A stretch of 64,000 bases of DNA from an uncultured Solirubrobacteraceae bacterium (GTDB lineage Bacteria; Actinomycetota; Thermoleophilia; Solirubrobacterales; Solirubrobacteraceae): positions 3,574,329 through 3,638,328 of the forward strand of contig OY969117.1 in assembly GCA_963698065.1 (NCBI GenBank), written 5' to 3'. Shown in pieces: positions 9,695 through 21,036 of the stretch; within the stretch, counting starts at the first letter, position 1, and each line of letters begins with the position of its first letter. Made by a program: the position numbers and the translations under genes. The notes beneath the pieces were generated by a model. That model had not been told where the DNA came from. It did no database searches and saw only the letters and a list, made by a program, of their open reading frames with translations.

Positions 9695-10969
9695 CTAGAG
9701 CGAGAAGCTGAGGGGCAGCTCGGCGAGGCCGTAGATACCAGAGACGCTCTCGAACGCCGGCTCACCGTCGAGCGCCAGGTCGCGCATTCGTCGCGCCATG
9801 AACTCGAGGCCCTCCTGCAGCTCTGCCCGCGCCAGGTTGGCCCCCAGGCAGTAGTGCACGCCCGCTCCAAACGTGAGGGCACGCGAGCGGCCACGATCAG
9901 CTGTGATGTCGAAGTTGTCGGCGCCGGCATCGCCCGCGTCGTCGTCGCCGAGATCCCGGTTGGCGGTGAAGGCGCAGACCATCACGATCGTGCCCTCGGG
10001 GAATCTCACGTCCCGATACTCCACGTCCTCGGTCAGGATCCTGGCTGTGAACGGAGTGATCGGCTCGTAGCGCAGCGCCTCGTCCACGGCCTGCGCGGCC
10101 AGGCCAGGATCATCCACCAGGGCGGCCCACTGCTCCGGGTGCTCCGCCAGCAGCCTCACGGCGTGCGCGAGCTGGCTCTGGCTCGTGTCCACGCCGCCCA
10201 CCAGCACGTTGAACACGAGGTTGATGCACTCCTCCTCTGATAGACGCTCGCCGGCCTCTTCGGCCGCGATCAGCCTCGAGATCAGGTCGTCCGCCGGGTT
10301 CTCCCGGCGAGTCCGCACGAGCGCCTGGGCATAGTCGTAGAACTCGGCCACAGCCTGCTCGATCCCCTCGATCTCGCTCGCCATGGCCGTCGCGTCGAAC
10401 TGCTTCTGGATCCAGTTGGACCAGTGGTGCAGGCGCGGGGCGTCCTCCAGCGGCGCACCCATCACCGTGGCGATCACCTGCGAGGGGTAGGGCTTGGCGA
10501 ACGCCTCCACGAACTCGCACCTCACGGTTCTCTCCTCCTCCCCCTCCTGTCGTCCGGCGGGAGAGCTCGCCACCGCCTGCTCGAGCAGCCCCTCGAGCGA
10601 CTCGCGCATGGCCGGCCTGTAGCGCTCCACCGCCCGCGGTGAGAGCGCCGGGTTGACCAGGCTGCGTAGACGCGAATGGTCAGGGCCGTTCACATGCAGG
10701 ATGTTTCGGCGCATCTGCTCATACAGCGGCCCCTCCCGCACACCGAAGATCTCAGCGATCTTCATACCCGGGAAGATCGCCGAGCGAGTGCGCAGGAAGA
10801 ACTCCCCCGACTCCCTGTCCAGCGTCAGGTAGCCAAAGGGCCCCTGCGCCAACCAGCCGCTGCTGCGTAGGCGCGCCATCTCCCGATGGAAGCGTTCCCC
10901 GCGCATCGACAGATCCGTGTGGTCGAACGCGGGGAGCTCCAGCTCGGTGACGAGCGCCATGGCAGGCAC
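9695..10969 (-). CDS. Cytochrome P450
   Basis: Heme-ligand loop FGAGVHYCLGANLARAE, EALRY (ExxR), I-helix-like VLVGGVDTS. GTG 10969 or ATG 10960 as start. Confidence 0.9.
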   Translation of the reverse strand: MPAMALVTELELPAFDHTDLSMRGERFHREMARLRSSGWLAQGPFGYLTLDRESGEFFLRTRSAIFPGMKIAEIFGVREGPLYEQMRRNILHVNGPDHSRLRSLVNPALSPRAVERYRPAMRESLEGLLEQAVASSPAGRQEGEEERTVRCEFVEAFAKPYPSQVIATVMGAPLEDAPRLHHWSNWIQKQFDATAMASEIEGIEQAVAEFYDYAQALVRTRRENPADDLISRLIAAEEAGERLSEEECINLVFNVLVGGVDTSQSQLAHAVRLLAEHPEQWAALVDDPGLAAQAVDEALRYEPITPFTARILTEDVEYRDVRFPEGTIVMVCAFTANRDLGDDDAGDAGADNFDITADRGRSRALTFGAGVHYCLGANLARAELQEGLEFMARRMRDLALDGEPAFESVSGIYGLAELPLSFSL

Positions 10970-10979
10970 GGCCGTCTGA

Positions 10980-11264
10980 CTATTTTTTCTTCGGGCTCAC
11001 AGCCTGCTTCAGCGAGGCACCAGCCGAGAACTTGGGGGCCTTGGAAGCTTTGATTTTCACGCGCTCGCCCGTACGCGGGTTGACGCCCTGGCGGGCTGCT
11101 CTTTTGACCACCGAGAACTTGCCGAACCCAGTGATGCTCACCTCGTCGCCTTTTTTCAGCGTCTTGGTAACCGTGTCGAGCAGCGACTCGATCGCGCGCG
11201 CCGAGTCGGCCTTGCTCAGACCGCTGTCTGCTGCGACCGCCTCGACCAGCTGAGACTTGTTCAT
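10980..11264 (-). CDS. hup: Nucleoid-associated DNA-binding protein HU
   Basis: MNKSQLVEAVAADSGLSKADSARAIESLLDTVTKTLKKGDEVSITGFGKFSVVKRAARQGVNPRTGERVKIKASKAPKFSAG. ATG at 11264; the ORF-track extension is rejected. Confidence 0.95.
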   Translation of the reverse strand: MNKSQLVEAVAADSGLSKADSARAIESLLDTVTKTLKKGDEVSITGFGKFSVVKRAARQGVNPRTGERVKIKASKAPKFSAGASLKQAVSPKKK

Positions 11265-11278
11265 GAAGCAACTTCCTT

Positions 11279-12667
11279 TCAGGTAGATGTCACCGGCGAC
11301 CGCGCAGGGTACCGTGCCAGCTTCTTGCCTGGGTTGAGAAGCCCCTTCGGGTCGAACGCACGCTTGATCTCCTCGTGCAGTTGCACCGCCCGCTCGCTCC
11401 ACTGCGACTCGAGTAGCCCGCGCTTCATCCAGCCCACACCGTGCTCGCCGGCGACCGATCCGCCCAGCGCCCCGACCAGCGCAAACAGCTCCTCTGCGAC
11501 CTTCTCCGCCGCCTCCAGCTCAGCCTCGCTGGCAGGGTCCACAAGCACCGTCGCGTGCACATTGCCCTCGCCACCGTGGCCAAAGGCGCACGAGCGCAGG
11601 CCGTGCTTGCCCGCGATCGCCTCGAATCGCTCGAGTGCCTCCGCCAGGTGCTCGCGTGGGAACGCCACGTCCTCGCTCACCTTGGCGCCTCGCACTGATG
11701 TGAGCACGCCGTTGACACCGTCGCGCCAACGCCATAGCGCCTGCGCGTCAGCCGGCTCCTGCACGGCGAGCGCCACCCCCTCGAGCGTCTCGAGCAGGGC
11801 GCCCCGCTGCGCCTGCGCCTCCGCCACCGTGCCGTCCACCTCGACCAGCAGCGCGAAGTCGGCTCCCTCTGGAACCTCGCCCGGATAGGAGCCGGCGAGG
11901 AGCTCCAGCGTCACACCATCCATGAAGTCGAGCGCAGATGGGCGAAGCCCAGAGCCCAGCAGCACCCCCATCGCCTCGCAGCCATCCCTACGCCCGGCCA
12001 GGAACACGACCAGCGCAATCGCTGTCTCGGGCGCGGGCAGTAGCCGCAGCCTCACAGCCGTAATCACACCCAGCGTCCCCTCCGAGCCCACGAGCAGGCT
12101 CTTCAGGTCATAGCCCGCCACATCCTTTCCCGCCCAACCGCCGATCTCCACGAGCTCGCCCGGCGCGAGCACAGCCTCCAGGCCAGCCACCCATGCGCCT
12201 GTCACCCCGTACTTCAGAGCGTGCGGGCCGCCGGCGTTGGTCGCCACGTTGCCGCCAATCTGCGACTGCTCCGAGGCACCTGGGTCGGGGCCGAAGAACA
12301 GGCCGTTCTCGCGCGCCAGGCGCTGCACGTCACGCGTGCTCACACCCGCTTCAGGCAGCATCCGCCACAGCTCCGGCTCGAGCTCTCTGACGCTCCGCAG
12401 GCGCTCCAGCGAGCACACCACGCCCCCGTGCACAGGCACAGCACCACCCGTCAGGCCCGTGCCACCTCCACGCGGGACGATCGGGACGTCGTGGGCGTAG
12501 CACCAGCCCACGACCGACGCCACCTCCGCCGCGCTACCTGGCAGCACCACCGCGTCGGCACGCCCCTCCAGGCCGCGGCGACGTGTGTAGTCGCTGTTGT
12601 AGGGGGAGTCCGCGCCGGGGCGCAGCACGTACTCCGCACCAACCAGTCGGCTGAGCTCGCTGAACAT
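11279..12667 (-). CDS. FAD-linked oxidase (GlcD/D-lactate dehydrogenase family)
   Basis: [15 protein letters not shown]...[40 protein letters not shown] (FAD_binding_4). C-terminal [10 protein letters not shown] and [11 protein letters not shown] motifs. Confidence 0.85.
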   Translation of the reverse strand: MFSELSRLVGAEYVLRPGADSPYNSDYTRRRGLEGRADAVVLPGSAAEVASVVGWCYAHDVPIVPRGGGTGLTGGAVPVHGGVVCSLERLRSVRELEPELWRMLPEAGVSTRDVQRLARENGLFFGPDPGASEQSQIGGNVATNAGGPHALKYGVTGAWVAGLEAVLAPGELVEIGGWAGKDVAGYDLKSLLVGSEGTLGVITAVRLRLLPAPETAIALVVFLAGRRDGCEAMGVLLGSGLRPSALDFMDGVTLELLAGSYPGEVPEGADFALLVEVDGTVAEAQAQRGALLETLEGVALAVQEPADAQALWRWRDGVNGVLTSVRGAKVSEDVAFPREHLAEALERFEAIAGKHGLRSCAFGHGGEGNVHATVLVDPASEAELEAAEKVAEELFALVGALGGSVAGEHGVGWMKRGLLESQWSERAVQLHEEIKRAFDPKGLLNPGKKLARYPARSPVTST

Positions 12668-12710
12668 GGCTGAAAGCGAGGCTAGCGCTACGAGTAGCAT
12701 TGACAGCGCA

Positions 12711-14372
<1,662 letters not shown>

Positions 14373-14484
14373 CTTGGCCAAGAGGCGGCGGGTGCCGCCG
14401 CCTTCGCAACTTCTTAGGCCTTCATCGTGTCCACACCTTAGGATTCTGCTCGTCCCGACGACCCAGCGCCACTCCTGGAGCCCA

Positions 14485-16260
14485 ATGAACCACCTCAATC
14501 GGTCGGCCGTCCTGGTGTCGATCACGGCCGTCCTCGCCGTCCTATCAGCGCCCGGTAACGCCGGGGCAGCCGCCGCCGTCAGCATCTCCCCGCTGCCCGG
14601 CACGCCCACCGCATTGCCGCAAACCCAGATCAGCTTCCTCGGCGCCTCCCCCTCATCGCTCAGCGCAATCTCGGTCTTGGGCACGCGCAGCGGGCGCCAT
14701 CGCGGACGTCTGCGCTCCTACGCCGCGGCCACCGGCGCGAGCTTCATCCCCAGCAGGCCGTTCGTGCCCAACGAGCACGTCACCGTCAGCGCGCGCTGGC
14801 ATGACGGGAGCAGGACGGTGACGCTCTCGACCCACTTCAAGGTCGCCCAGCCAGTCGCCGTGTCGATGACCGGGTTCCCGGCCACACCCGGAACCCCGGC
14901 TGAAGTGCAGAGCTTCAACTCCCAGCCGTCGCTTCACCCTCCCACCGTCGTCGTTCATCAGCCCGCCGGTGCAACCAGCGCCCCCGGCTACATCTTTGCC
15001 GCGCCCTTCCTCGGCCCCGGGCAGGACGGGCCGATGATCTTCGACAGCGCAGGCAACCTCGTCTGGTTCCATCCGGTGGCGGCGGGCGAGGATGCGGCCG
15101 ACTTCCAGACGCAGGTCTACCACGGCAAGAACGACCTGACCTGGTGGCAGGGACGCACGATCGCCCTTGGCTACGGGCTGGGCGAGGATGTGATCGCCGA
15201 CGCCAACTACAGGACAGTTGCCGTGATACGCGCCGGAAACGGCCTGCAGGCCGACGAGCACGAGTTCGACCTGACGCCCCAGGGGACCGCCTACATACTC
15301 GCCTACAGTCCTGTGCAGACCAACCTGACGGCCGCCGGCGGCTCCGCCCACGGCGTGGCCGTCGAGGGCGTGATCCAGGAGATCGACATCCACACAGGCC
15401 TGGTCATGTGGGAGTGGCACAGCCTCGCCCACGTCGGAGTGGCCCAGTCCTACTCCAAGCCCTCCGCCATCGCCTCCACCCCCTTCGACTACTTCCACAT
15501 CAACTCGCTCGCCATCGACAACCAGGGCAACCTCCTGATCTCCGCACGCAACACCTGGACGCTGTATGACCTCAACAGCCGCAGCGGCCAGGTCATCTGG
15601 CGGCTCGGGGGCAAGGCCAGCAGCTTCAAGCTCGGGCCAGGGGTTGCCTTTGCCTACCAGCACAACGCCGCCTGGCTCCCCGACGGGCAGATCAGCCTGT
15701 TCGACGACGAGGGCGCACCGCCGGTCAACCCGCCCTCGCGCGGTGAGGTCATCACACTCGACCAGCACACCAAGACCGCCACGCTCGCCACCCAGCTGGT
15801 CCGCAGCAGCGGCCCGTTGGCAACTGCAAGCCAGGGCGACGTACAGGCGCTCCCGGGCGGAGGCTGGATGGTCGGTTGGGGCGGGCTGCCCAACTTCACC
15901 GAATTCGACGCCCAGGGGCAGATCGTCTACGACGCCCAGCTGCCCGCCGGCGAGAACAGCTACCGCGTCTACCGTCTGCCGTGGGCCGCCCAGCCGCTGG
16001 AACCACCGGCTCTCGCCGCTGTCACGAGCGGCGCCACCACCACCGCCTATGCAAGCTGGAATGGGGCTACCACAGTGGCCTCATGGCAGCTGCTGAGTGG
16101 ATCCAGCGCCACTACCCTCACACCCGTCGCCACCGTCGCCCGTAGCGGTTTCGAGACCGCCGTCGCGGTGCCTGCTGCCCCGCTCGTCGAGGTGCGCGCG
16201 CTCAGCGCCTCGGGCAAAGTCATCGGTACCTCCAAGGCACTCGCGCCGAGCGCCGGCTGA
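14485..16260 (+). CDS. Secreted arylsulfotransferase-like (ASST family) protein, paralog 2
   Basis: GGAG then ATG 14485. Signal peptide MNHLNRSAVLVSITAVLAVLSAPGNAGA. DYFHINSLAIDNQGNLLISARNTWTLYDL...VIWRLGGKASSFKLGPGVAFAYQHNAAWLPDGQISLFDDEG is colinear with paralogs 1 and 3. Confidence 0.7.
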   Translation: MNHLNRSAVLVSITAVLAVLSAPGNAGAAAAVSISPLPGTPTALPQTQISFLGASPSSLSAISVLGTRSGRHRGRLRSYAAATGASFIPSRPFVPNEHVTVSARWHDGSRTVTLSTHFKVAQPVAVSMTGFPATPGTPAEVQSFNSQPSLHPPTVVVHQPAGATSAPGYIFAAPFLGPGQDGPMIFDSAGNLVWFHPVAAGEDAADFQTQVYHGKNDLTWWQGRTIALGYGLGEDVIADANYRTVAVIRAGNGLQADEHEFDLTPQGTAYILAYSPVQTNLTAAGGSAHGVAVEGVIQEIDIHTGLVMWEWHSLAHVGVAQSYSKPSAIASTPFDYFHINSLAIDNQGNLLISARNTWTLYDLNSRSGQVIWRLGGKASSFKLGPGVAFAYQHNAAWLPDGQISLFDDEGAPPVNPPSRGEVITLDQHTKTATLATQLVRSSGPLATASQGDVQALPGGGWMVGWGGLPNFTEFDAQGQIVYDAQLPAGENSYRVYRLPWAAQPLEPPALAAVTSGATTTAYASWNGATTVASWQLLSGSSATTLTPVATVARSGFETAVAVPAAPLVEVRALSASGKVIGTSKALAPSAG

Positions 16261-16266
16261 GCTTCG

Positions 16267-18144
16267 ATGCGCTGGCGCGGGCTACGACCCCTACACAGGT
16301 TCCTTCTCGGTGGCGGGGTGCTCGTGGCGCTCTCTTCGATCGTCACCCTGGCCGTGGCCTCGCAGCGGATCGTCTCCGAGGAGGCCGCTTTCCAGGCCCC
16401 GAGCGTCGGCCGTTGCGAAGCCGAACAGCTGAATCGCTCCGCGGTGCTGCCTGGCACCGGCGTGGCCGTCACACCGCTGCCCGGCTCCTACGATGCCCCA
16501 CCGCGAACGCAGATCAGCCTGCTCGGCGCCCCCGCCGGGGACCTCAGCGACCTGCACGTGAGCGGATCGCAGAGCGGATCGCACTCGGGGCACCTGCGCG
16601 GCTACTCCCAAGGCGACGGCGCCAGCTTCCTGCCCTCGCAACCGTTCTTGGCAGGTGAGACCGTAACCGTGCACGGCCGCATCAAGACCGGCTCCGCCCA
16701 GCATCGCTTCGCATTCCACTTCGTCGTGGCCCGTCAAGACACGCACCTCTACTCGCCCGCCCCCGCCAAAGTCGCCCGTGATGAAAACGAGATGCAGGAG
16801 TTCCATTCGCGCCCCGAACTGAAGGCTCCATCGCTGGCCGTCACCGCGACCTCGCCCGCCACCGCCGGCGGCTACATCTTCGCCGCGCCCTACTCCGGAC
16901 CAGGTCCCGCCGGTCCGATGATCTTCGACGAAGCCGGCAACCTCGTCTGGTTCGACGCGCTGCCCGGCGGCTATGCCGCCTCCAACCTGCAGGTCCAGCA
17001 GGACGGCAGCACGCCCGTGCTCACCTGGTGGCAGGGCACGATCACCGCCCAGGGCTTCGGTGAGGGCGAAGAGATGATCTACAACAGCTCCTACAGGCCG
17101 CTCGGGCGGGTGCACGCCGGCAACGGGCTCAAAGCCGACCTGCACGACTTCCACATCACACCTCAGGGCACCGCGCTGCTGACGGTCTTCGACCCGATCT
17201 ACTGCAACCTTGCCGCCGTCGGCGGGCCCGCCGGGGGGGCGGTCACCGACACGATCATGCAGGAAGTCGACCTGCGCACCGGCCTGGTCAGGCGCGAGTG
17301 GCATAGCCTCGACCACGTCCCCATGGCCGACTCCTACAGCACCGCCACCCACGCAAGCCAGGAATGGCCGTTCGACTACTTCCACCTCAACACGATCGAC
17401 CAGCGCGCCGGCGGCACGACGCTCATCTCGGCCCGCAACACATGGGCGCTCTATGAACTGAACACCCAGACGGGCCAGGTGCTGACACGCATCGGCGGCA
17501 GGCACTCCGACGTCAAGCTCGGCGCCGGTGCCGCCACCGCCTTTCAGCACGATGCCATGACTCTTCCCAACGGGACCATCAGCGTGTTCGACAACGGTGG
17601 CGTTCCTCAGGTCCACCCACAGTCGCGCGGCCTGGTACTGGCCGTCAACCCCGCCGCCAAGTCGGATGTGGTCGTTGCGCAGTACGAGCATCCCGCGCCC
17701 GCGCTCTCGTCGGGTAGCCAAGGGGACATCCAGGCGCTCGCCAATGGCGACATGTTCATCGGCTGGGGCGCAGAGCCCTACTTCACCGAGTTCAGCTCCA
17801 GCGGCCAGGTCCTGTTCGACGCCCACATGCACGGCTCCTACCAGTCCTACCGCGCCTACCGCTTCCCTTGGACGGGCACGCCCAGCGAAGCCCCCGCCAT
17901 CGCCGCCTCGGCGACCGCGAGCGCACCCACGAGCGCCTATGCCAGCTGGAACGGAGACACGCGGACCGCCAGCTGGCGCCTACTGGGCGGCCCCTCTCCC
18001 AGCCAGCTCGCGCCCGTCGCAACGACGGCCAAGAGCGGCTTCGAGACGACCGTCACCGCGCCGGGTCCCGAGGCCTACGTGGCCGTACAGGCGCTCGACT
18101 CCAGCGGCAACGTGCTCGGCACCTCGCGCACGATCAAGGGTTGA
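16267..18144 (+). CDS. Membrane-anchored/secreted arylsulfotransferase-like (ASST family) protein, paralog 3
   Basis: Starts 7 nt after paralog 2. N-terminal TM segment LLGGGVLVALSSIVTLAVA. DYFHLNTIDQRAGGTTLISARNTWALYEL...VLTRIGGRHSDVKLGAGAATAFQHDAMTLPNGTISVFDNGG. Confidence 0.7.
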   Translation: MRWRGLRPLHRFLLGGGVLVALSSIVTLAVASQRIVSEEAAFQAPSVGRCEAEQLNRSAVLPGTGVAVTPLPGSYDAPPRTQISLLGAPAGDLSDLHVSGSQSGSHSGHLRGYSQGDGASFLPSQPFLAGETVTVHGRIKTGSAQHRFAFHFVVARQDTHLYSPAPAKVARDENEMQEFHSRPELKAPSLAVTATSPATAGGYIFAAPYSGPGPAGPMIFDEAGNLVWFDALPGGYAASNLQVQQDGSTPVLTWWQGTITAQGFGEGEEMIYNSSYRPLGRVHAGNGLKADLHDFHITPQGTALLTVFDPIYCNLAAVGGPAGGAVTDTIMQEVDLRTGLVRREWHSLDHVPMADSYSTATHASQEWPFDYFHLNTIDQRAGGTTLISARNTWALYELNTQTGQVLTRIGGRHSDVKLGAGAATAFQHDAMTLPNGTISVFDNGGVPQVHPQSRGLVLAVNPAAKSDVVVAQYEHPAPALSSGSQGDIQALANGDMFIGWGAEPYFTEFSSSGQVLFDAHMHGSYQSYRAYRFPWTGTPSEAPAIAASATASAPTSAYASWNGDTRTASWRLLGGPSPSQLAPVATTAKSGFETTVTAPGPEAYVAVQALDSSGNVLGTSRTIKG

Positions 18145-18266
18145 CTTCGAGCCTGAAGCCGCACCGAGCAGCCATTACATAGAATCGAAACATCCTCCCG
18201 CTCGGCCGCCCAAACGGGGTTTGATACGCTCGATTTTGCTTGATGTCAAGAGGGAGGTTTGAAGAC

Positions 18267-19703
18267 ATGGCGCCCAGCGATGTCACACCCAAGCCGCTCA
18301 GCGACCAGGCAAATGCAGTGGCCGGCGACGAGTCGATGCCCGCGCCGGAGGAGCCCCAGGAGCGCTACCGGCCGCTGCCCACCGGCACCCACGGTCTCGA
18401 CCCCGAGCTCGTCAAGCACGACCAGCGCGAGCGCCTGCGCGGTGCAATGGTCGAGCTGATCGCCGCGAAGGGCTACCCGTCGGTGCGCATCGTCGACCTC
18501 ACCAAGCTCGCCCACGTATCCCAGCCGACCTTCTACACGCTGTTCGCCGACAAGGAAGACCTGTTCCTGAGCGCCTATCAGGAGATCTCTCAGCGCACCG
18601 CGCAGACGATCCTCCAGGCCTACAACGTCGACGCTGGCCAGGACGAGCGACTACGCGGAGCCATGCGCGCCTTCGCCGAGCTGGCCGTCGATGAGCCGGC
18701 CGCAATGTCGCTGTTCATGCTCGGCGCCTTCGGCGCGGGAGCAAGGGCGCTCGATCGTCGCCGGCGAACCCTGGACGCGCTCGAGACGAGCATCCTGGCC
18801 AGCCGCGACCGCGCACCGTCGATGGGCAGCACCGACCTCACCGTCAAGGCGATCCTCGGCGGCATCCGCGAGGTTGGAGCAGCACGCCTGCGCGAGGGGC
18901 GCCAGGATGAGCTCCCCGTTCAGGTGCAAGAACTGGCCACCTGGGCAGCGTGCTACCCACGCCGACTGCCAGACGGGCTGGGGGCACCACCGGTTGCCCG
19001 CAGGCAATCGGCCCCGGCCGCCGAGCAGACCTCGGAGCGCGCACGCCGCGCCGAGGGCCGGCTACCCAGCGGACGCAGCGACCTACCGCGGCAGTTCATC
19101 GTCAAAAGCCAGCGCGAGCGGATCGTCGACGCCACCGCCGCGATCGTTGCCGAGAAGGGACTCGCCGCGCTGACGATTCCAGAGATCGCCAAGCGTGCCA
19201 ACGTGTCCAACCAAACCTTCTACAGCATCTACTCCTCCAAGCACGAGGCGCTGCAGGGGGCGCAGAAGATCGGCATGCACCAGGCGCTGCAGGTCGCCAA
19301 GGAGGCGTACAGCACACACCAGCAGGACTGGTCCCGTGCCATCGCAGCCGGACTAAGAGCGCTGGTCGATTACCTCGCATCCGAGCCTGCTCACGCGCAC
19401 CTCAACCTCGTGGACACCTTCGCCGCGAGCCCCGAGGCGATCGAAATCCGAAACGCCTCCATGCGGGCCTTTGCCACATACCTGCAGCCCGGCTATGAGC
19501 TTGCAGCCGATGAGTCCCCGTCCGAGGTTCCGGCGATCGCCGCCGAGGCCATCACAGGCGGCATCTGGCAGGTCATGCACCACTACGTCGAGAACGAGTG
19601 CGTTGCGCATCTGCCACAGGCGGTGCCACAGCTCACCTACTTCGCGCTTGCGCCCTTCATTGGACCCGACGCTGCAACCGCAATCGCAGGCGAGACGCGG
19701 TAG
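18267..19703 (+). CDS. TetR-family transcriptional regulator with two complete TetR units in one chain
   Basis: GGGAGG lies 10 nt upstream of ATG 18267. Two HTH regions: RERLRGAMVELIAAKGYPSVRIVDLTKLAHVSQPTFYTLFADKEDLF and RERIVDATAAIVAEKGLAALTIPEIAKRANVSNQTFYSIYSSKHEAL. Confidence 0.85.
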   Translation: MAPSDVTPKPLSDQANAVAGDESMPAPEEPQERYRPLPTGTHGLDPELVKHDQRERLRGAMVELIAAKGYPSVRIVDLTKLAHVSQPTFYTLFADKEDLFLSAYQEISQRTAQTILQAYNVDAGQDERLRGAMRAFAELAVDEPAAMSLFMLGAFGAGARALDRRRRTLDALETSILASRDRAPSMGSTDLTVKAILGGIREVGAARLREGRQDELPVQVQELATWAACYPRRLPDGLGAPPVARRQSAPAAEQTSERARRAEGRLPSGRSDLPRQFIVKSQRERIVDATAAIVAEKGLAALTIPEIAKRANVSNQTFYSIYSSKHEALQGAQKIGMHQALQVAKEAYSTHQQDWSRAIAAGLRALVDYLASEPAHAHLNLVDTFAASPEAIEIRNASMRAFATYLQPGYELAADESPSEVPAIAAEAITGGIWQVMHHYVENECVAHLPQAVPQLTYFALAPFIGPDAATAIAGETR

Positions 19704-19706
19704 CGC

Positions 19707-20249
19707 TCAGCCCTCGGCGCCGGCGGCAAGTGCGTAGGCGGCCTTGCCTTCGCGCTTGGCGCGAGTGACCGCTCCCGAGCTGAGCATCCGGCGCAGGTTC
19801 TCGCGGATGTTCTGTCCGCTCATGGCCGTCACCACCGTCAGCTCGCCCACCGTGTGCGATCCATGCTCCAGCGCCGCCAGGATCGCCTGTTGGGCCGCTC
19901 CGCGAATGGCCCGTGCGGGCTTGGCGCCATCGGCCCGTGCAGCTTTGGGCGCAGAGGACCGGGCCCTGCCAATCGTGCCCGCCGCCGAGCCTCGGGGCCC
20001 AGAGGCACGCCGACTCGGGGCGGGCGGCCTCGGCTCCTGCGCTTGCGCCTGCGTGGCTCTCGCGCCGACTTTCGGGCTCGACGCCTGCTTCGCGCGCCGA
20101 CTCCGCGCCGGGGGCGCCGTCGCAGCGTCGCTCAACCCAAGTGCCTCAGCAGCCGACAGCAGGCGCTCGTACTCTGCCAGCACCGGGCGCAGCTCGCCGA
20201 TGCGAGCGTCGATCTCCGCGGTGATGCTCGCCAGCAGATCGCCGGCCAT
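19707..20249 (-). CDS. Hypothetical protein: N-terminal helical segment, basic Ala/Pro/Arg-rich linker, C-terminal winged-helix-like domain
   Basis: Start MAGDLLASITAEIDARIGELRPVLAEYERLL at ATG 20249, overlapping the sulfotransferase stop by 1 nt (TGATG). C-terminus AILAALEHGSHTVGELTVVTAMSGQNIRENLRRMLSSGAVTR resembles wHTH. Confidence 0.55.
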   Translation of the reverse strand: MAGDLLASITAEIDARIGELRPVLAEYERLLSAAEALGLSDAATAPPARSRRAKQASSPKVGARATQAQAQEPRPPAPSRRASGPRGSAAGTIGRARSSAPKAARADGAKPARAIRGAAQQAILAALEHGSHTVGELTVVTAMSGQNIRENLRRMLSSGAVTRAKREGKAAYALAAGAEG

Positions 20250-20989
20250 CAGACGGCCGCTCCGTGCAGGCCGCTGGTCGGACGATCGCGCACGTCCCAC
20301 CATCCGTTCACCGAGTCGAGCGCACCACCGATGATGCCCTCGCGGAAGGACACCGTGTCGTTGAGCCGGGGCAGCGGCTCAACGGGCACGGGAACCTCGA
20401 GGAACTCGCACAGCGGCCCCCAGCCTTCCTTCGGGTTCCACACGAGCAGGCGGTCAGCCGGGACCGTGTCCTTAACGCGCTCGTTCCAGCGCTCCATCGC
20501 AGCGATCAGGCCGGCCTCCGTGGAGGGGTCGCCCGCAAACGCACCGACTCCCTCCTCCCAGTTCATGTGGCTCATCAGCTTTATGTAGCGGCGCCACAAC
20601 GGATCGACGACCGTGCGCGCTTCTGAGACGTAGTGCATTACAGATTCGCCGAAGAACATGCTCCAGATCGTCTCGTGCATGCTTGCAGCCCATTCCTCAC
20701 AACCGCGGACGCTGAGCAGCACCTTCGCCTCCGGGTAGTACTCGAGCAGCTCGCTGTAGTAGCGCGCCGAGGGCCAGTCCACAGTCGAGTTGGCAGCACC
20801 GAAGATGCGATCCCACTCAGGCTTGCCTTCCGCCACGGCCTCCCACAGCGGAAGCTCACCCTCGAGGTTGGCCAGCAGGTCGCGCATGTGGTAACAGGGG
20901 CCGAATCCGAGCTGTTCCAGCGCGAACATCTGCGTGGTGGTGGCCGTGCGCGGGAGCCCGGCGCCGATTACCTTCATGAGGGACTGCAC
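20249..20989 (-). CDS. Cytoplasmic sulfotransferase family protein (PAPS-type P-loop)
   Basis: N-terminal VIGAGLPRTATTT matches the 5-prime-phosphosulfate binding loop of PAPS sulfotransferases. Length and pattern (RYYSELLEYYPEAKVLLSVR) fit the Sulfotransfer_4-like group. Confidence 0.75.
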   Translation of the reverse strand: MQSLMKVIGAGLPRTATTTQMFALEQLGFGPCYHMRDLLANLEGELPLWEAVAEGKPEWDRIFGAANSTVDWPSARYYSELLEYYPEAKVLLSVRGCEEWAASMHETIWSMFFGESVMHYVSEARTVVDPLWRRYIKLMSHMNWEEGVGAFAGDPSTEAGLIAAMERWNERVKDTVPADRLLVWNPKEGWGPLCEFLEVPVPVEPLPRLNDTVSFREGIIGGALDSVNGWWDVRDRPTSGLHGAAV

Positions 20990-21036
20990 ATTTTCATTGA
21001 TGTGTTTTTATCAGGTAGCTCAGTGGGAAGCCGCAA

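Noticed and set aside
21014-21030. GGTAGCTCAGTGGGAAG, which looks like a tRNA D-arm, in the AT-richer gap between the sulfotransferase and the response regulator
   Set aside because: The gap is only about 47 nt. No complementary D-stem closing strand (GAGC) follows, and I could find no acceptor stem, anticodon arm or T-loop GTTCGAATC-like sequence. It is most likely a chance match or promoter sequence.
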